A stretch of 64,000 bases of DNA, taken from positions 387 through 64,386 of the forward strand of contig JANOEQ010000108.1 of the NCBI GenBank assembly GCA_031441485.1, read 5' to 3'. Position numbers and translations under genes: made by a program. The notes beneath the pieces were generated by a model, which ran no database searches, was not told the DNA's origin, and saw only the letters and a program-made list of their open reading frames with translations. Shown here in pieces: positions 63,810 to 64,000 of the stretch. This stretch comes from Chitinophagaceae bacterium (GTDB lineage Bacteria > Bacteroidota > Bacteroidia > Chitinophagales > Chitinophagaceae). Within the stretch, counting starts at the first letter, position 1; each line of letters opens with the position of its first letter.

Positions 63810-64000
63810 CTAAATTCGGTTTAACATAAGCCTAATTGCAGATAAATGAACCATTGCCACACATGTTTGATTGAGCCGTTCATAATTTTTGGAGTTTCGC
63901 CGGTTGGTATCAATCCAGGAAAATGTTCTTTCTACAATCCACCTTTTAGGCAATACTTTAAAGACAGAGGCTTGGGGCTTTTTCACGATTTGAATAATTA
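63810..64000 (-). CDS. IS5-family DDE transposase, C-terminal fragment (continues beyond the window)
   Basis: My own translation of the - strand gives ...[62 protein letters not shown]. The [12 protein letters not shown]...RR.SK.YE block is the IS5/IS4-family signature. This ORF is not in the supplied track because it has no start in the window. Confidence 0.8.
   Translation of the reverse strand, partial: IIQIVKKPQASVFKVLPKRWIVERTFSWIDTNRRNSKNYERLNQTCVAMVHLSAIRLMLNRI

Noticed and set aside
1-64000. tRNA, rRNA, tmRNA and riboswitch scan by eye
   Set aside because: No cloverleaf-compatible T-loop (GGTTCGAATCC-like) context, rRNA-like stretches or recognisable riboswitch cores were found. Absence cannot be proven without tRNAscan or Infernal.

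Overview
This 64-kb chromosomal segment reads as Bacteroidota (Chitinophagia/Sphingobacteriia-like). Supporting signs are the T9SS translocon gene sprA (2480 aa) next to ruvA, several proteins with T9SS C-terminal sorting domains, futalosine-pathway menaquinone genes, and Bacteroidetes-type TTTG / TAnnTTTG promoter boxes. I support about 55 CDS. Most are housekeeping: fabH, fabD, folE plus two PTPS paralogues, coaBC-rpoZ-bamD, recJ, rpsF-rpsR-rplI, CoA-transferase A/B, a photolyase and an ABC exporter. I saw no rRNA, tRNA or CRISPR array. Both window edges carry transposase fragments: a Y1/HUH type on the left and an IS5-family type on the right. The accessory, visibly rearranged part is about 31.9-41.6 kb. 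It holds four NarL/LuxR response-regulator paralogues (one 5'-truncated), a truncated beta-barrel-like gene and a duplicated ~72-bp breakpoint segment. It also holds a zero-spacer HipA-like kinase + DUF3037-like gene pair (35474-37186), my best candidate for an uncharacterised toxin-antitoxin or defence-type system. Nearby are 11 full tandem 21/22-bp repeat units plus a partial twelfth (38087-38337) and two paralogous non-coding elements with a conserved promoter. Intergenic space throughout is crowded with REP/MITE-like palindromic elements. These include a ~125-bp MITE in two copies, one with a perfect 8-bp target-site duplication, and one element inserted in frame inside a yfcH-like gene. 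All domain calls come from motif recognition by eye; no database search was run.
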